The notes under the pieces: model-generated
What the model saw: only the letters and a program-made list of their open reading frames with translations
Database searches by the model: none
Told to the model about the DNA's origin: nothing
Assembly: GCA_041666325.1 (NCBI GenBank)
Contig: JBAYHC010000003.1
Span: 159,102 to 223,101 of the forward strand
Reading direction: 5' to 3'
Length of the DNA stretch: 64,000 nucleotides
From: Patescibacteria group bacterium
GTDB taxonomy: Bacteria > Patescibacteriota > UBA1384 > XYA2-FULL-43-10 > 1-14-0-10-43-13
In this document: positions 48,484 to 58,949 of the stretch, one piece after another
Position numbering within the stretch: the stretch's first letter is position 1
Layout of the letters: each line of letters opens with the position of its first letter
Position numbers and translations under genes: made by a program

Positions 48484-48586
48484 CATTGCATAGCACTGAA
48501 AACCGCAAAGCGACAAAGACCCAAAACCGAAAATTTCGATTTTGGTATTTTGGGGTTTTTGGGATCCTCGGTGCTATGCATTGGGC
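48484..48586. other. about 100-nt hairpin in the 23S 5' leader (14-bp perfect closing stem CCATTGCATAGCAC / GTGCTATGCATTGG)
   Basis: Inverted repeat read directly from the sequence; the interior is itself near-palindromic (CCAAAACCGAAAATTTCGATTTTGG). Confidence 0.5.
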
Positions 48587-49221
48587 TGACTTATTTGACG
48601 AGCAATTGCTGAATTTAATTTCACACTAATTGCTCAATCATTCCCTGATCTCTTTAAGCTTGAGATCCACGGGAATATGTCGGAAGAATTCTTGGTGAAT
48701 TATCTATTCTTCACTTTACTATTCTAGATTGTCAAAGTGCGAGACAGAATCTTAACATACGAACCCTGAAAAAGAACAGCAATGTTCTCTTCAGAACAAA
48801 AACCCTATCTCGTAATTAAGATCCTAAAACAAATGATAGGGACAACGTCACCTGACTTCCTGCGCCTTGCCCATAATCCCCCCTGTTGTAGCGCTCAATT
48901 ACTGAATTATTCGATGCGCCGCCAGAGCACCAGGCCAGATTTAGAGCGGCAGGGTGATGGTCTTTCAACACACAATCCAAGTTACCATATTCATAATCAT
49001 CCTGTCAAGACTTATTCCCAAGTTTTTTCCAATCTCGTTCAATAACCCTATCTGCATCGCACATGACAAATTTTACCGCCCCCCAACTTTCATCGGCAGA
49101 GCGGCAAAAAAACAAACACCTGGGTAATAAAACGCATAGAGCGACAAGGCCATCAATAGATTTGCTCATTTTCATCTAATCGAAAAAATCTGCAGCAAAG
49201 ATAGTGACCAAGATGGCACAG

Positions 49222-49662
49222 TTACTTTGAGGATTGTTGGTCGATTGCCTCACTGATTTTCGAGTCGCCCCTAATATCCTCATAGTAAAGGATTTGGTCC
49301 CGATTAATGTACATTACTCCTTCGGGGCCATGGATCTCGCTTCCAAGTTTGACCAATGAAAGATTCTTTGCAGCGCTTGATCCGGAGCCGCTGAGGTTCG
49401 ATTGGTTCTCATCCCTTAGCTTGGCCAAATCCTCTGGCTTGAAATAGTATACATCCCGAAGCACCACTATCTGCTGGTCAGCGTTTGAAACATGACCAAA
49501 GTACATCTGACCATTTGTGAGAAAAACGGCCTGCTTCTTTGCATTGGCCCCTTGTGTCGTTTCCGGCCGCGAAGAACGACGAGAGCCATAAAGTCTATAC
49601 CCATAATAGCTAGCGACTCCAACCAAGACCAAAACCGAGATTGTCAGCACAAATTTTTTCAT
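49222..49662 (-). CDS. secreted or membrane-anchored hypothetical protein
   Basis: ATG at 49660-49662 with an AAGGAG RBS. N-terminal MKKFVLTISVLVLVGVASYY signal/anchor. Confidence 0.55.
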   Translation of the reverse strand: MKKFVLTISVLVLVGVASYYGYRLYGSRRSSRPETTQGANAKKQAVFLTNGQMYFGHVSNADQQIVVLRDVYYFKPEDLAKLRDENQSNLSGSGSSAAKNLSLVKLGSEIHGPEGVMYINRDQILYYEDIRGDSKISEAIDQQSSK

Positions 49663-49984
49663 AATTCTCCTTGTGTTTCGCATAAAAAGTAAATTTTACT
49701 CTCTGCCGATGAATTATAACCGATAGTTTGTGACGATAATTTAGACAGATTAAACAAAAAACGAAAAATTATTACCTTTTCTTTGTCGTTAAGGCACATT
49801 TATTTGGGTCATTTACTATCAGATACTGAAGTCGAACATGCAGCTTGGATTAACTGGATAAACGAACAAGGGGTGAGCAAGATAGTCTTAATTTTCATTA
49901 TTGAGAATTATTACTCCGGTCGATACCCCCACGACTAACCGAAAAGTCTGCATGGCCATAGATTAGTAAAAATAGGAGAAAGCA

Positions 49985-50959
49985 GTGAATACAATTACAC
50001 GCATTAAGAACGCAACGCGCACCTTGGCCTTGTCTGGTGCACTTGTTCTGACAAGTGGTGCAGGTTTGACAATGGCTGGCTTCAGCAACACTTCGACTAC
50101 AACCAGCGGTACGACAGTATCAGGCAGCAGCTCAACATTGGCTGACATCACGAGTAAAAACCAACTTACCGGACCACAATCACTCAACAAGAATATTACG
50201 AAGATCAATCGCGATCTCAACGTCAAGGTCCTGAACGTTAACCATGAGGACAATTACGTTGATTTTTACCTCAACACTGGCAAGAATGATCTTTTCAAAA
50301 ACACAAAAGTTGAGGACGTATCAACTGGCAGCATCAATGCACGCGTTGCCCTGAATAATAAATCAAACGTTGGCGGCACAAGTGGCAGCACAACCGGCAC
50401 ATCGACACAATCAGTTCTATCAGGCGCTGCAAGCGATCCTGTTCTTAGCAACGCAATCACCGGCCCAGAGTCTGCCAACATCAACAAGGTAGCGCTAAAC
50501 ACTAGCCGCAACCTAGAGATCAAGAACATTGCTGATATCAACAATGATGTTGACATAAATGCCAACACGGGCAAAAACGATGTTATGAAAAACACAGTCG
50601 TTGGAGATGTTTCGACAGGCAACATCAACGTTGCAGGCAGTATCAACAACGTTGCAAACAGCGATCAGTGCATAACCTGCCCTGATTTGTTGGGCCTTTT
50701 CAATGGCAGCGGTAGCGGGGCTGCAAACGTTAGTTCAGACCTTTCTAACAGCACAACCGGTCCAGACTCAGTCAATATCAACAAAGTAAAGGTTAACGAT
50801 TACACGAACGTCGAGGTCAAGAATATCGCCCACATTGACAACAACGTCGATGTTTATGCCAACACAGGCCACAACGATGTTGTGAAAAACACAGTCGTTG
50901 GAGATGTTTCGACAGGTAACGTTAGCGTAGACTTTGCAGTTACCAACCAGGCCAACTAA
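49985..50959 (+). CDS. secreted Asn/Thr-rich repeat protein (3 repeats of about 95 aa)
   Basis: Signal peptide. Repeat unit TGP(D/E)S-N-N...ANTGxND(V)xKNTVVGDVSTGNIN. Paralog of 51029..52975. Confidence 0.65.
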   Translation: MNTITRIKNATRTLALSGALVLTSGAGLTMAGFSNTSTTTSGTTVSGSSSTLADITSKNQLTGPQSLNKNITKINRDLNVKVLNVNHEDNYVDFYLNTGKNDLFKNTKVEDVSTGSINARVALNNKSNVGGTSGSTTGTSTQSVLSGAASDPVLSNAITGPESANINKVALNTSRNLEIKNIADINNDVDINANTGKNDVMKNTVVGDVSTGNINVAGSINNVANSDQCITCPDLLGLFNGSGSGAANVSSDLSNSTTGPDSVNINKVKVNDYTNVEVKNIAHIDNNVDVYANTGHNDVVKNTVVGDVSTGNVSVDFAVTNQAN

Positions 50960-51028
50960 CACGCAGATTGACGAAGGTTAAGGGTTCACACCCTTAACCG
51001 CGCCAGTCTGTGAAGAATAATCAAGGAT

Positions 51029-52975
51029 ATGCCCATGAAAAAGATTATTAGTTATAAAAAGGTAGCACGAGTGTTTGTCACTCTCGCTACAATATTTTCT
51101 CTCCTTCTGCCAATTTCAGCCGCCACGCCAACCTTTGCTGTTGGGCCAGACCAACCAGTGGGGCCGCAAGGACCAGTTGGTCCACAGGTTCCAGTGGGGC
51201 CGCAAGGACCAGTTGGTCCACAGACAGATGGTGAGATACAAACACAAACAGCAACCAGTGGCGCTACAGCTGATCCAGTCATCACAGAAAGCAATAATGT
51301 TACTGGGCCTGATTCGACAAACACAAATCAAACATCATCGAATTCAGAGACAAATATCGAAAACATAAATGATGCAAATATCGAAAACCAAACAACACTG
51401 ACAGCCAATACTGGCAAAAACGACATTGGCAAGAACACTGTGACAGGAGATGTTTCCACAGGATCGATTAACGGTTCTGTCAACGTCATCAATATTGCCA
51501 ACTCCGAACTGGCCCCCGGAAGCACTGTCGGGTCACAGACTGTTGATGGATCACAAACCGGTCAGATAGTATTGAATCCGATCAACCAGAGGTCAGACCT
51601 TTCCAATACCAGCACCGGGCCTGACTCCACAAACAACAATACTGTCTCTAGTAATAACATCATCAAAGTTGTCGACCAAAACAACGCAGAAGCTCTGAAC
51701 AACCTAGTCATCGATGCCAATACCGGCCAAAACAACATCGGTGGTAATACTAAAATCGGAGATGTCACGACTGGAAACATTAACCTCTCAGCCAATCTGA
51801 TCAATCTGCTGAATGTTATGTCGCCGAATTTGACTCTAACACTAGACATTTGGTCAGTGCTCGGAAATTTCAGTGGAGATATAATTCTTAGCAATGGCAC
51901 GACCGGGCCACAATCAAACAATGAAAATAGCATCAACACGAGCGACAGCACTGCAATATCAACTACAAACAACAGCACGATTGATAACGTCTTCAATTTC
52001 CAAACCAACACCGGAGGCAACACAACGGATTCAGGTACCGCAATAGGTAATGTGTCTACAGGTGAAGCAAAAGTGCAGAGCTCAACAACTAACGTAGCCA
52101 ATCTGGATACACCAGTGCTTTATCTGATTAATGTCTTTGGCGAATGGGACGGAGCTCTGGACGGTGTCGATCCGAACAGTGTGATCATTAACACAATGAC
52201 GGGACCGGGCTCAACCAATTTTAATGAGAAAGAGAATAATCAAAGCGTTGATATCACTACAGAGAATAATGCCTCGGCAAGCAACATCGTGACCGTCAAA
52301 GCCAACACTGGCGACAACCATGTCGGCAAGAACACAGTCACTGGCAATCTTAAAACCGGATCAATAAATGTCACTGCTAGCGCCGTCAATATCCTCAATT
52401 CATTCGGGGACAATGCAAAAAATCTAATCCTGAAGGTAATCAATATCTTTGGTAATTGGAAGGGCAATGTTGCAAAACAACCAAAACCAGCCAATAGCAA
52501 TGGTGGTTCGAACAACCAGGTCCCAGGAGGAACGAGTCAGAACAATCCTACACCCGCGACAACATCGACAGAGAGTCCGCAAGCCCCTACTACTAATAAT
52601 GAATCAACTCCAGCGATGCAATCAACCGCAGCCATCGAGAGCAGCACCGGCAGCACAACAAGCAACAATGTTTCAGCCAATCAGAATAGCCAAAAACCAG
52701 CCCAGTCTCCTGTCAACAAGCTCGCAAGCTCAACCAGAAGGGTCCTGTCATCCGAGCAACAACTACCACAAACAATAGATGAGAAGATGGTCCCAACAGA
52801 AAATTCCGTTGATACAGCCGGTGATTTCTCGGGCGTTGTTCTGGCTGCCACAGATGAACAATTGCCATTGGGAGGATCGAGAACACCCTTAGTACACATT
52901 GCTTTGAGCGCTCTTGGAATAACCTTACTCTGGGGACTAGTAGAATTGTTGGCCAGATATTCTAGAGGAAGATAG
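51029..52975 (+). CDS. secreted repeat protein with collagen-like GXY tract, four Asn/Thr-rich repeats, Pro/Thr/Ser-rich stalk and a C-terminal Gly-Gly + TM + basic-tail anchor
   Basis: Signal peptide, (GPQGPVGPQVPV)x2, the same ANTGxN...GDVSTGxIN repeats, and a C-terminal LPLGGSRTPLVHIALSALGITLLWGLVELLARYSRGR. Confidence 0.65.
   Translation: MPMKKIISYKKVARVFVTLATIFSLLLPISAATPTFAVGPDQPVGPQGPVGPQVPVGPQGPVGPQTDGEIQTQTATSGATADPVITESNNVTGPDSTNTNQTSSNSETNIENINDANIENQTTLTANTGKNDIGKNTVTGDVSTGSINGSVNVINIANSELAPGSTVGSQTVDGSQTGQIVLNPINQRSDLSNTSTGPDSTNNNTVSSNNIIKVVDQNNAEALNNLVIDANTGQNNIGGNTKIGDVTTGNINLSANLINLLNVMSPNLTLTLDIWSVLGNFSGDIILSNGTTGPQSNNENSINTSDSTAISTTNNSTIDNVFNFQTNTGGNTTDSGTAIGNVSTGEAKVQSSTTNVANLDTPVLYLINVFGEWDGALDGVDPNSVIINTMTGPGSTNFNEKENNQSVDITTENNASASNIVTVKANTGDNHVGKNTVTGNLKTGSINVTASAVNILNSFGDNAKNLILKVINIFGNWKGNVAKQPKPANSNGGSNNQVPGGTSQNNPTPATTSTESPQAPTTNNESTPAMQSTAAIESSTGSTTSNNVSANQNSQKPAQSPVNKLASSTRRVLSSEQQLPQTIDEKMVPTENSVDTAGDFSGVVLAATDEQLPLGGSRTPLVHIALSALGITLLWGLVELLARYSRGR
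51159..51230. repeat. perfect 36-bp tandem duplication encoding PVGPQGPVGPQV twice
   Basis: ccagtggggccgcaaggaccagttggtccacag(gtt/aca) repeated back-to-back. Confidence 0.75.
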
Positions 52976-53077
52976 CTCCAGTGCTTTTAAAACTAAAACC
53001 TCACCGTATTTGGGTGAGGTTTTAGTTTTTCTTTTGTTATAATAATCAGCTTATCGCTTCTTCTGGCAAAATAGCTT

Positions 53078-54259
53078 TTGATTTTAATCGGGATAAAACT
53101 CATGGGTCCAATTCCTTTGTTCTGGGAGGAACACAACCACAACGTCACAAAAATAATCGGTGATTATGATTTAATTTCAAGCCTAGACCACCTTTGCATC
53201 TCCTCGTCCAATCCCCGCCGGATCGGCAAGAAGGTTGTCATACCTGGCAAATACGTCAAGCTCCCTGCTGTTCGCGAGATAGAGATCGGAGGAGCTCAAT
53301 GCACGCTTATGCCAATCAACTACCAGGACAAACACGTTGCATTCCTGCTCATAAATAAGCATTTTGATAGTCTCGAAAACTATCTACCGCTGATTCAGAG
53401 CTTGGCTGAACTTTCTGTTGCTCACTATGTCGAAAAAAGTAAATACACACCGGACTCAACAGATGTGTTTGTTTCCAACTTGCTCAATCATGATGCCTAC
53501 GATCTTTCAGTCTACAGGACCGAAGCAAGGTCTTTGGGTTATAACTTTAAAATGAAGCGCATCGCCATAGCAATTCACCTGGCAAACTTTAGCTACAGAC
53601 AGCTCTTCTCCCCAAACCATACTGGCTTTGAACGCGAAGAAACTATCAAGAAATGGAAGAAAAGGATCGAATACACCATCAATAGCTTTTTCACCAGCAG
53701 TAAGGATATAATTACTGCCTATATCGGAGAAGATACGTTCGCAGTTTTCAAAACGGTAGAAAAAGACGAAGATGAAAAACTAGGCAGACACATCAAGTTA
53801 TCTCACAGAGCCATCTTCAGCCCTCTCCGTGACGCTTCGATCTCCGATATCACAGTCGGCTTCAGCAATGCCTATTCTGGTCTAATAGGGATAATAAAAT
53901 CGTCCAAAGAGGCGAAAATGGCCCTATCTCTCGGCAATCGAACCAAGGGACCTAATCACAGCTACCACATCGATGATTTTGGTCTCCTGAGCCTGATAGC
54001 ACATGTCGACGAAGAAACTCAAAAACGATTCGCCCAAAGAATTCTGGGGAAAATCACCGACAGCAATATACTCCTCACTCTTGAAATCTTGCTGGAGGAA
54101 AACTTCAATATCTCTCATGCCGCAGAACGCCTCAAGGTCCATCGCAACACAATCATCTACCGCATCCATCAGATCGAGGATATCTTGGGGTACGACCCGC
54201 GGTCATTTGATTCGGTGGTTAATTTCAAAATTGCCTTGTTGATAAACAAGAGATTCTAG
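53078..54259 (+). CDS. PucR/CdaR-family transcriptional regulator
   Basis: C-terminal PucR-type HTH NISHAAERLKVHRNTIIYRIHQIEDILGYDPRS. Confidence 0.65.
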   Translation: MILIGIKLMGPIPLFWEEHNHNVTKIIGDYDLISSLDHLCISSSNPRRIGKKVVIPGKYVKLPAVREIEIGGAQCTLMPINYQDKHVAFLLINKHFDSLENYLPLIQSLAELSVAHYVEKSKYTPDSTDVFVSNLLNHDAYDLSVYRTEARSLGYNFKMKRIAIAIHLANFSYRQLFSPNHTGFEREETIKKWKKRIEYTINSFFTSSKDIITAYIGEDTFAVFKTVEKDEDEKLGRHIKLSHRAIFSPLRDASISDITVGFSNAYSGLIGIIKSSKEAKMALSLGNRTKGPNHSYHIDDFGLLSLIAHVDEETQKRFAQRILGKITDSNILLTLEILLEENFNISHAAERLKVHRNTIIYRIHQIEDILGYDPRSFDSVVNFKIALLINKRF

Positions 54260-54260
54260 G

Positions 54261-54734
54261 CTAGCTTGATCCTGTGATCTCACTGAATCGCCTCGAGACA
54301 TAGCTCTTGTAACGCTTTTGCAGATCGCTGATAGCCTCTTTGTCCAGCCTGCCATTTTCAAGCGAAATCCAAACAGAGGGCATGTCATAGAGATATCGAC
54401 CGATTCCCCACTGCACGGCAGCTCTTTTCATTGCATCAGAAAATCCACCCTTTGTTGGCTCAATATTTGTCTCCTCTGCTCCATCATACTTTGTAATCCA
54501 CTCGCTCTTATCATCGATTCGAATTGAAATTCCACACTTCACACCCTTACTATCCCACCGGTCAAATTCGTTCTTCCAATTAAGCGGGCCAACAATTTCA
54601 TCTAATCTCTCTTGGATCGCTCGATTTGTAACATACGCAAGAGCCATTCCACTTGTTCGGTCGGCATTTATTGAACCGATGCGCCACTCAATATCACCTG
54701 CCTCGAATGGCTTCCGAAGATTGCCCAAATTCAT
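54261..54734 (-). CDS. Rad52/Rad22-family single-strand annealing protein (Sak/DdrA-like)
   Basis: IQERLDEIVGPLNW (cf. RAD52 ALRQRLGPEY) and GGFSDAMKRAAVQWGIGRYLY (cf. [21 protein letters not shown]). 157 aa. Confidence 0.7.
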   Translation of the reverse strand: MNLGNLRKPFEAGDIEWRIGSINADRTSGMALAYVTNRAIQERLDEIVGPLNWKNEFDRWDSKGVKCGISIRIDDKSEWITKYDGAEETNIEPTKGGFSDAMKRAAVQWGIGRYLYDMPSVWISLENGRLDKEAISDLQKRYKSYVSRRFSEITGSS

Positions 54735-54919
54735 CTCGCTCCTTTTCCAATATAATCAATCATTGCATTATAGACTGCGCCGAGCCTTCTCCCAAGTAAT
54801 AATTAGTTTGATTTGTCAGCCGCGCAAATAAAAAAATGGCCTCTGGATAATGGGCCAAGAGAGCCTAAATTTACAAACTAAAAACGTCCAAATGTTGAAC
54901 TTGGCAATAAGTTCCGAGC

Positions 54920-56176
54920 CTATGGCCGACCAGATACAGTTTTCTGCATCAATATCCGCTTGTCCAACACGTTCATTTTATCTTGAGCATTATAAACAAT
55001 CGGTTCTACTAGGCTGTAGCCAGGCTTGCTCGCCAATATTTTATACTTGCTTTGAGAGAGTAATGCGGAGAACTTACCGTTCTTGTCCGAAATGACAGTC
55101 TTGATTAGCCTGGTGCCAGTATCGTCCATGACGCGGATTAGGGCGAGAGACAGGGGTTGAGAATTATTTTTGTCTAGCACAGATCCCCAAGGAGAATACC
55201 TGAATTTTGCGTAGGCGTTGTAGATCCAAACAACCCAAAGCAGAATATACGTAACAACGATGGGCCAATCAGAGGATGCGAAAGTCCTAGAAATTTTTCC
55301 TATTATCGTCACCGTTCCGATAGCGAGACTGGCGAAAGAAACATAAACCATGAAACGCTCAAACTTTGCCAAAGAAACAACCCAATGGTACTTTTCCTTA
55401 ATCGATTCACTTGTTGGCACCAGAGCAATTCTCGGAACAATCAAGCTCTCTCGCAAGCTTTTAACTTCTATCACTGCGTTCGGTTGATAATATTTATCGG
55501 GTACTAAAGAAAAGTCATATGATTTTTTAATAGCATTGATAACATATCTACCAGGAGGAGCGATAAAACCATATTGACCATCGCTATCAGTATAAGCAAA
55601 GGCAACCACCTTGCCTTCTCCTGCGCTGCTTTCTGTCTTCGACCCAGCCTCAACTAGCTCAACACGAACCATCGGGATTGGCACCTCTGTTCCAATCTCA
55701 ACTACTCGTCCCCAACCTCTCTTTTTCCGACGAAATCCAACCAGATAGATGATCGAGTTCCAAAGAGAAAGAGAAAACTCCCTCAAAGAAGAGAAAACGG
55801 TTACGGCATTTGCAGCTGGAGCAGCCATAGCACCAATACCAGCTATGCTCAGGGCAGCCGCTGAAATTGCATTAGGAACCTGTTCTGAAGGTATGCCGAT
55901 ATATTCTGCAATCTTCATTATTGGAGCTTCCACTATTTCGATTGGATCAGGCACATTTGGATCCGAGAAAATTCCACCATATCCTCTAACCTCCTTAGTG
56001 AAACCAAAGGTCGAAATAAAATAAAGGGCAATAAAAATAACTGCTGCACGAGTGATCGTTAGCAGAAACATACCTTCATTTTTATTATCCCTGAAAGATT
56101 TTATTTTATCTCCGTATGCAATGACTATATTATAATGTTTATTGCGATGAGGAGCAAACATGGCCAGTGCTTGCAA
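54920..56176 (-). CDS. membrane protein with carboxypeptidase-regulatory-like (transthyretin-like) beta-sandwich domains
   Basis: Segments GRVVEIGTEVPIPMVRVELVEAGS...YTDSDGQYGF and ALIRVMDDTGTRLIKTVISDKNGKFSA; several TM helices. Start uncertain. Confidence 0.5.
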   Translation of the reverse strand: MQALAMFAPHRNKHYNIVIAYGDKIKSFRDNKNEGMFLLTITRAAVIFIALYFISTFGFTKEVRGYGGIFSDPNVPDPIEIVEAPIMKIAEYIGIPSEQVPNAISAAALSIAGIGAMAAPAANAVTVFSSLREFSLSLWNSIIYLVGFRRKKRGWGRVVEIGTEVPIPMVRVELVEAGSKTESSAGEGKVVAFAYTDSDGQYGFIAPPGRYVINAIKKSYDFSLVPDKYYQPNAVIEVKSLRESLIVPRIALVPTSESIKEKYHWVVSLAKFERFMVYVSFASLAIGTVTIIGKISRTFASSDWPIVVTYILLWVVWIYNAYAKFRYSPWGSVLDKNNSQPLSLALIRVMDDTGTRLIKTVISDKNGKFSALLSQSKYKILASKPGYSLVEPIVYNAQDKMNVLDKRILMQKTVSGRP

Positions 56177-56255
56177 TAATGATCCCGCTTAAACTTTGTG
56201 GACGCTTGAGCACTATGTTATCTTGTAATGACAGATATGTATAATTTGGCTAACC

Positions 56256-57770
56256 ATGATACCATTCAAGCCCACCCACACCACTAGTTTTTTTGTTTAC
56301 TACGTTATTCTCTTCGGCACAATTGCTTTGGGCATTTTTTTGCGCTTCTATCACTTGGGACAACAGTCTTACTGGATGGACGAAGGCTATACTATCAACG
56401 CAGTACTATCAATTACCGAAAAGGGTCGCTCTGTTCTAGACTCTGGCCAACCATACTTCTGTCCACTTTACTGCTATCCTACTGCATGGTTAACAAAAAT
56501 ACTAGGAGAAAATGCCGCCACCTATCGCCTCATGTCTGCACTCGTTGGCAGTCTATTTATAATTGTGTTTTGGACTACGGTCAAAAATATTTACGGCAAG
56601 AACATCGCACTGGTCGGCACTATTTTTGTTTCTCTTTCTTACTGGCAGATTGCATGGTCTCGTCAGGCGAGATGGTATACCCTCCTTACGCTAGCTACAT
56701 GGCTATCAATATATTTTCTTTACCAATACGTTCACCATGAGAAAAATAACAATAGCCGGATAGCTTTAAGTTTAGTCTTTCTTGTTATTGCCATCATTGT
56801 TCAACCAATTGCCTATTTGCTGATCCCGATATATACAACGTTTCTGGCTTGGTCGAAGAAATCATTGAGGGAAATATTAGCAGTGCTCTGTCTTGCGACA
56901 ATTGTATATCTTGTGTCAGAGATACTGAGCACAAACAAGGACAACAATTTTGTTATGAACGTTTTGGGACAAATTAAACTCAACTACACCTTGCCGTACT
57001 ATCTCGGCTTCTATATCCGTAGCTACTGGCCATTGATCTTTTTCGGTCTGATTGCGCTATCCAAAAAGAAACAAAATGATACCGGCAGTTTCTACAAACT
57101 TGGGATCTGCACTTTCCTAATTTACCTAATATCCATATCCCTGTTTACGAACATAATTCACTATCGATACCTGTTTCACCTCACACCATTCCTTTACCTC
57201 TCGGCCTCGATCGGAGCGCTTACCATCCTTGACCAAATTAAACTAACATGGACCAAATATCTCGTCTTGACGATGATTGTAACTGTTTTTTTCGCAACCG
57301 GTCACGGCATATTGCAACCAAAAAGTTTCTATTCCCTTGAATCAGATGATCCGTCGAAGATCAAGCGACCCTATTATGCCTACACCCCCCAGCCAGATTT
57401 CAACGCAGTCTATCGTTTTATCGGACAGAATCGCCAGAATGGTGATATTGTTATTTCCTCTCATCCACAATTTAACAAAATATTTCTGAATGAGCCGGGC
57501 TATTGGATTCAATACGATTATTTGGGCATCAGCGATAGACCAAATACTGTAATAAACGGAAAAGAATACTATGTCGGGGCAGAAACCATCGCTAGCAAAA
57601 ATGCGCTAGAAAAAATAGTACTTAGTGGTACACACGGATTTATCATTACCGACTTTTCCGCTTCTAGCAAAATAGATGAGAGCACAATGAATTACATCGC
57701 AGCCAACCTTCAACAGGTTTTCTCAAAAACAGAGAATGCCTACTCCAAGATTCACGTCTATCGATTCTAG
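56256..57770 (+). CDS. GT-C glycosyltransferase of the PMT/ArnT (GT39/GT83-like) family
   Basis: Polytopic; the conserved WMDEGYT (DE motif) lies in the first extracytoplasmic loop. Confidence 0.7.
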   Translation: MIPFKPTHTTSFFVYYVILFGTIALGIFLRFYHLGQQSYWMDEGYTINAVLSITEKGRSVLDSGQPYFCPLYCYPTAWLTKILGENAATYRLMSALVGSLFIIVFWTTVKNIYGKNIALVGTIFVSLSYWQIAWSRQARWYTLLTLATWLSIYFLYQYVHHEKNNNSRIALSLVFLVIAIIVQPIAYLLIPIYTTFLAWSKKSLREILAVLCLATIVYLVSEILSTNKDNNFVMNVLGQIKLNYTLPYYLGFYIRSYWPLIFFGLIALSKKKQNDTGSFYKLGICTFLIYLISISLFTNIIHYRYLFHLTPFLYLSASIGALTILDQIKLTWTKYLVLTMIVTVFFATGHGILQPKSFYSLESDDPSKIKRPYYAYTPQPDFNAVYRFIGQNRQNGDIVISSHPQFNKIFLNEPGYWIQYDYLGISDRPNTVINGKEYYVGAETIASKNALEKIVLSGTHGFIITDFSASSKIDESTMNYIAANLQQVFSKTENAYSKIHVYRF

Positions 57771-58717
57771 TTTTCAATAATCTCAGCGATTTCATAATTA
57801 GTAATCTTCTTGGTAGCATAGAAATTTTTAACCACCATGTCCATAAGCAAACCAAAGATAATTAATTGAAAGCCAGCAAAAGTGCCCGAGACAGCAAGAT
57901 AGGTCAGCGACGACGAAGAGAGATCGGCACCTAGATAAATCTTATTATAAAAAGCAATTCCTCCTGCCATAAATGATGCCAAGAAAACAGCAATACCCAG
58001 AGTTCCAAAGAGGTGAAGCGGACGGTTGACATACTTCCCCCAAAACCAGAGAGAAAGAATATCTAGTGCCCCCTTAATCGTTCTCTTCCAGTTATACTTG
58101 GTCTTGCCATATTTTCTGGAGTGGTGTTTCACCACTTCTTCCCCAATCCTATAGCCCCTAATTTTCAGCAAAGCAGGTATAAATCGATGCATTTCACCAT
58201 ACAGATCTATATTATCAAAACACTCACGTTTAAAAATTTTTAGGGTGCAACCACTATCGTGAATGCCATCGTGAATTAGCATGCTCCGTAGAATGTGCGC
58301 TCCCCTTGAGGCAAGGCGCTTAAAAATAGGATCCTTTCTATATTTGCGCCAGCCACAAATACAATCGTAGTTGCCTTCTTTGATCTTTTTGAGTAATTTG
58401 GGAATATCTGCCGGATCATTTTGGCCGTCACCATCCAGGGTTACTATATATTCTTTTTTGGCCTTTTTGATGCCCGCATCAAGAGCAGCCGTCTGCCCAA
58501 ATTTTTTGCGCAATCTAATTATTGTTATCCCTGGCAGGCCAGCCAATATCTTGCTCGTCTTATCAAAAGATCCATCATCAACAAAAATGATCTCGGCGAC
58601 TATCTCATTTTTATCGCAAACAGACTTTATCTTTTGGTACAATGCAGAAATAGCACCCGCCTCATTGTGTGCAGGCACCACGATCGATATGTGCGGTTTT
58701 TCTTCAGTGGTTCTCAT
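57767..58717 (-). CDS. GT2 polyprenol-phosphate glycosyltransferase (Dpm1/ArnC-like)
   Basis: ISIVVPAHNE, FVDDGSFD and TLDGDGQNDP motifs, plus two C-terminal TM helices. Internal ATG at 58715-58717 chosen; the track ORF adds 48 aa. Confidence 0.75.
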   Translation of the reverse strand: MRTTEEKPHISIVVPAHNEAGAISALYQKIKSVCDKNEIVAEIIFVDDGSFDKTSKILAGLPGITIIRLRKKFGQTAALDAGIKKAKKEYIVTLDGDGQNDPADIPKLLKKIKEGNYDCICGWRKYRKDPIFKRLASRGAHILRSMLIHDGIHDSGCTLKIFKRECFDNIDLYGEMHRFIPALLKIRGYRIGEEVVKHHSRKYGKTKYNWKRTIKGALDILSLWFWGKYVNRPLHLFGTLGIAVFLASFMAGGIAFYNKIYLGADLSSSSLTYLAVSGTFAGFQLIIFGLLMDMVVKNFYATKKITNYEIAEIIEN

Positions 58718-58949
58718 GTCGCCAACCCAAACATTAGTAGATGGATATCTAATACGGACGATACTAAAACACACCATAAAACACAACTGTGCTTTGCCTG
58801 TAGCCGACAGGACAGGTGCACTACTACACTTCCGAGCACGTCCTTCGACTCTGAGGGACACTCAGGACTCGAAGAGAGCAATACCGAATGACTGCGGGCA
58901 TTACCACATCTTGTAATAAAATTAGTAGTCAAACCAAAGGGTCTAAATA

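Noticed and set aside
48782-49045. 87-aa ORF upstream of the 23S gene
   Set aside because: No RBS, an odd composition (many Cys/Pro/His), and a position inside the rRNA leader or promoter region; considered non-coding.
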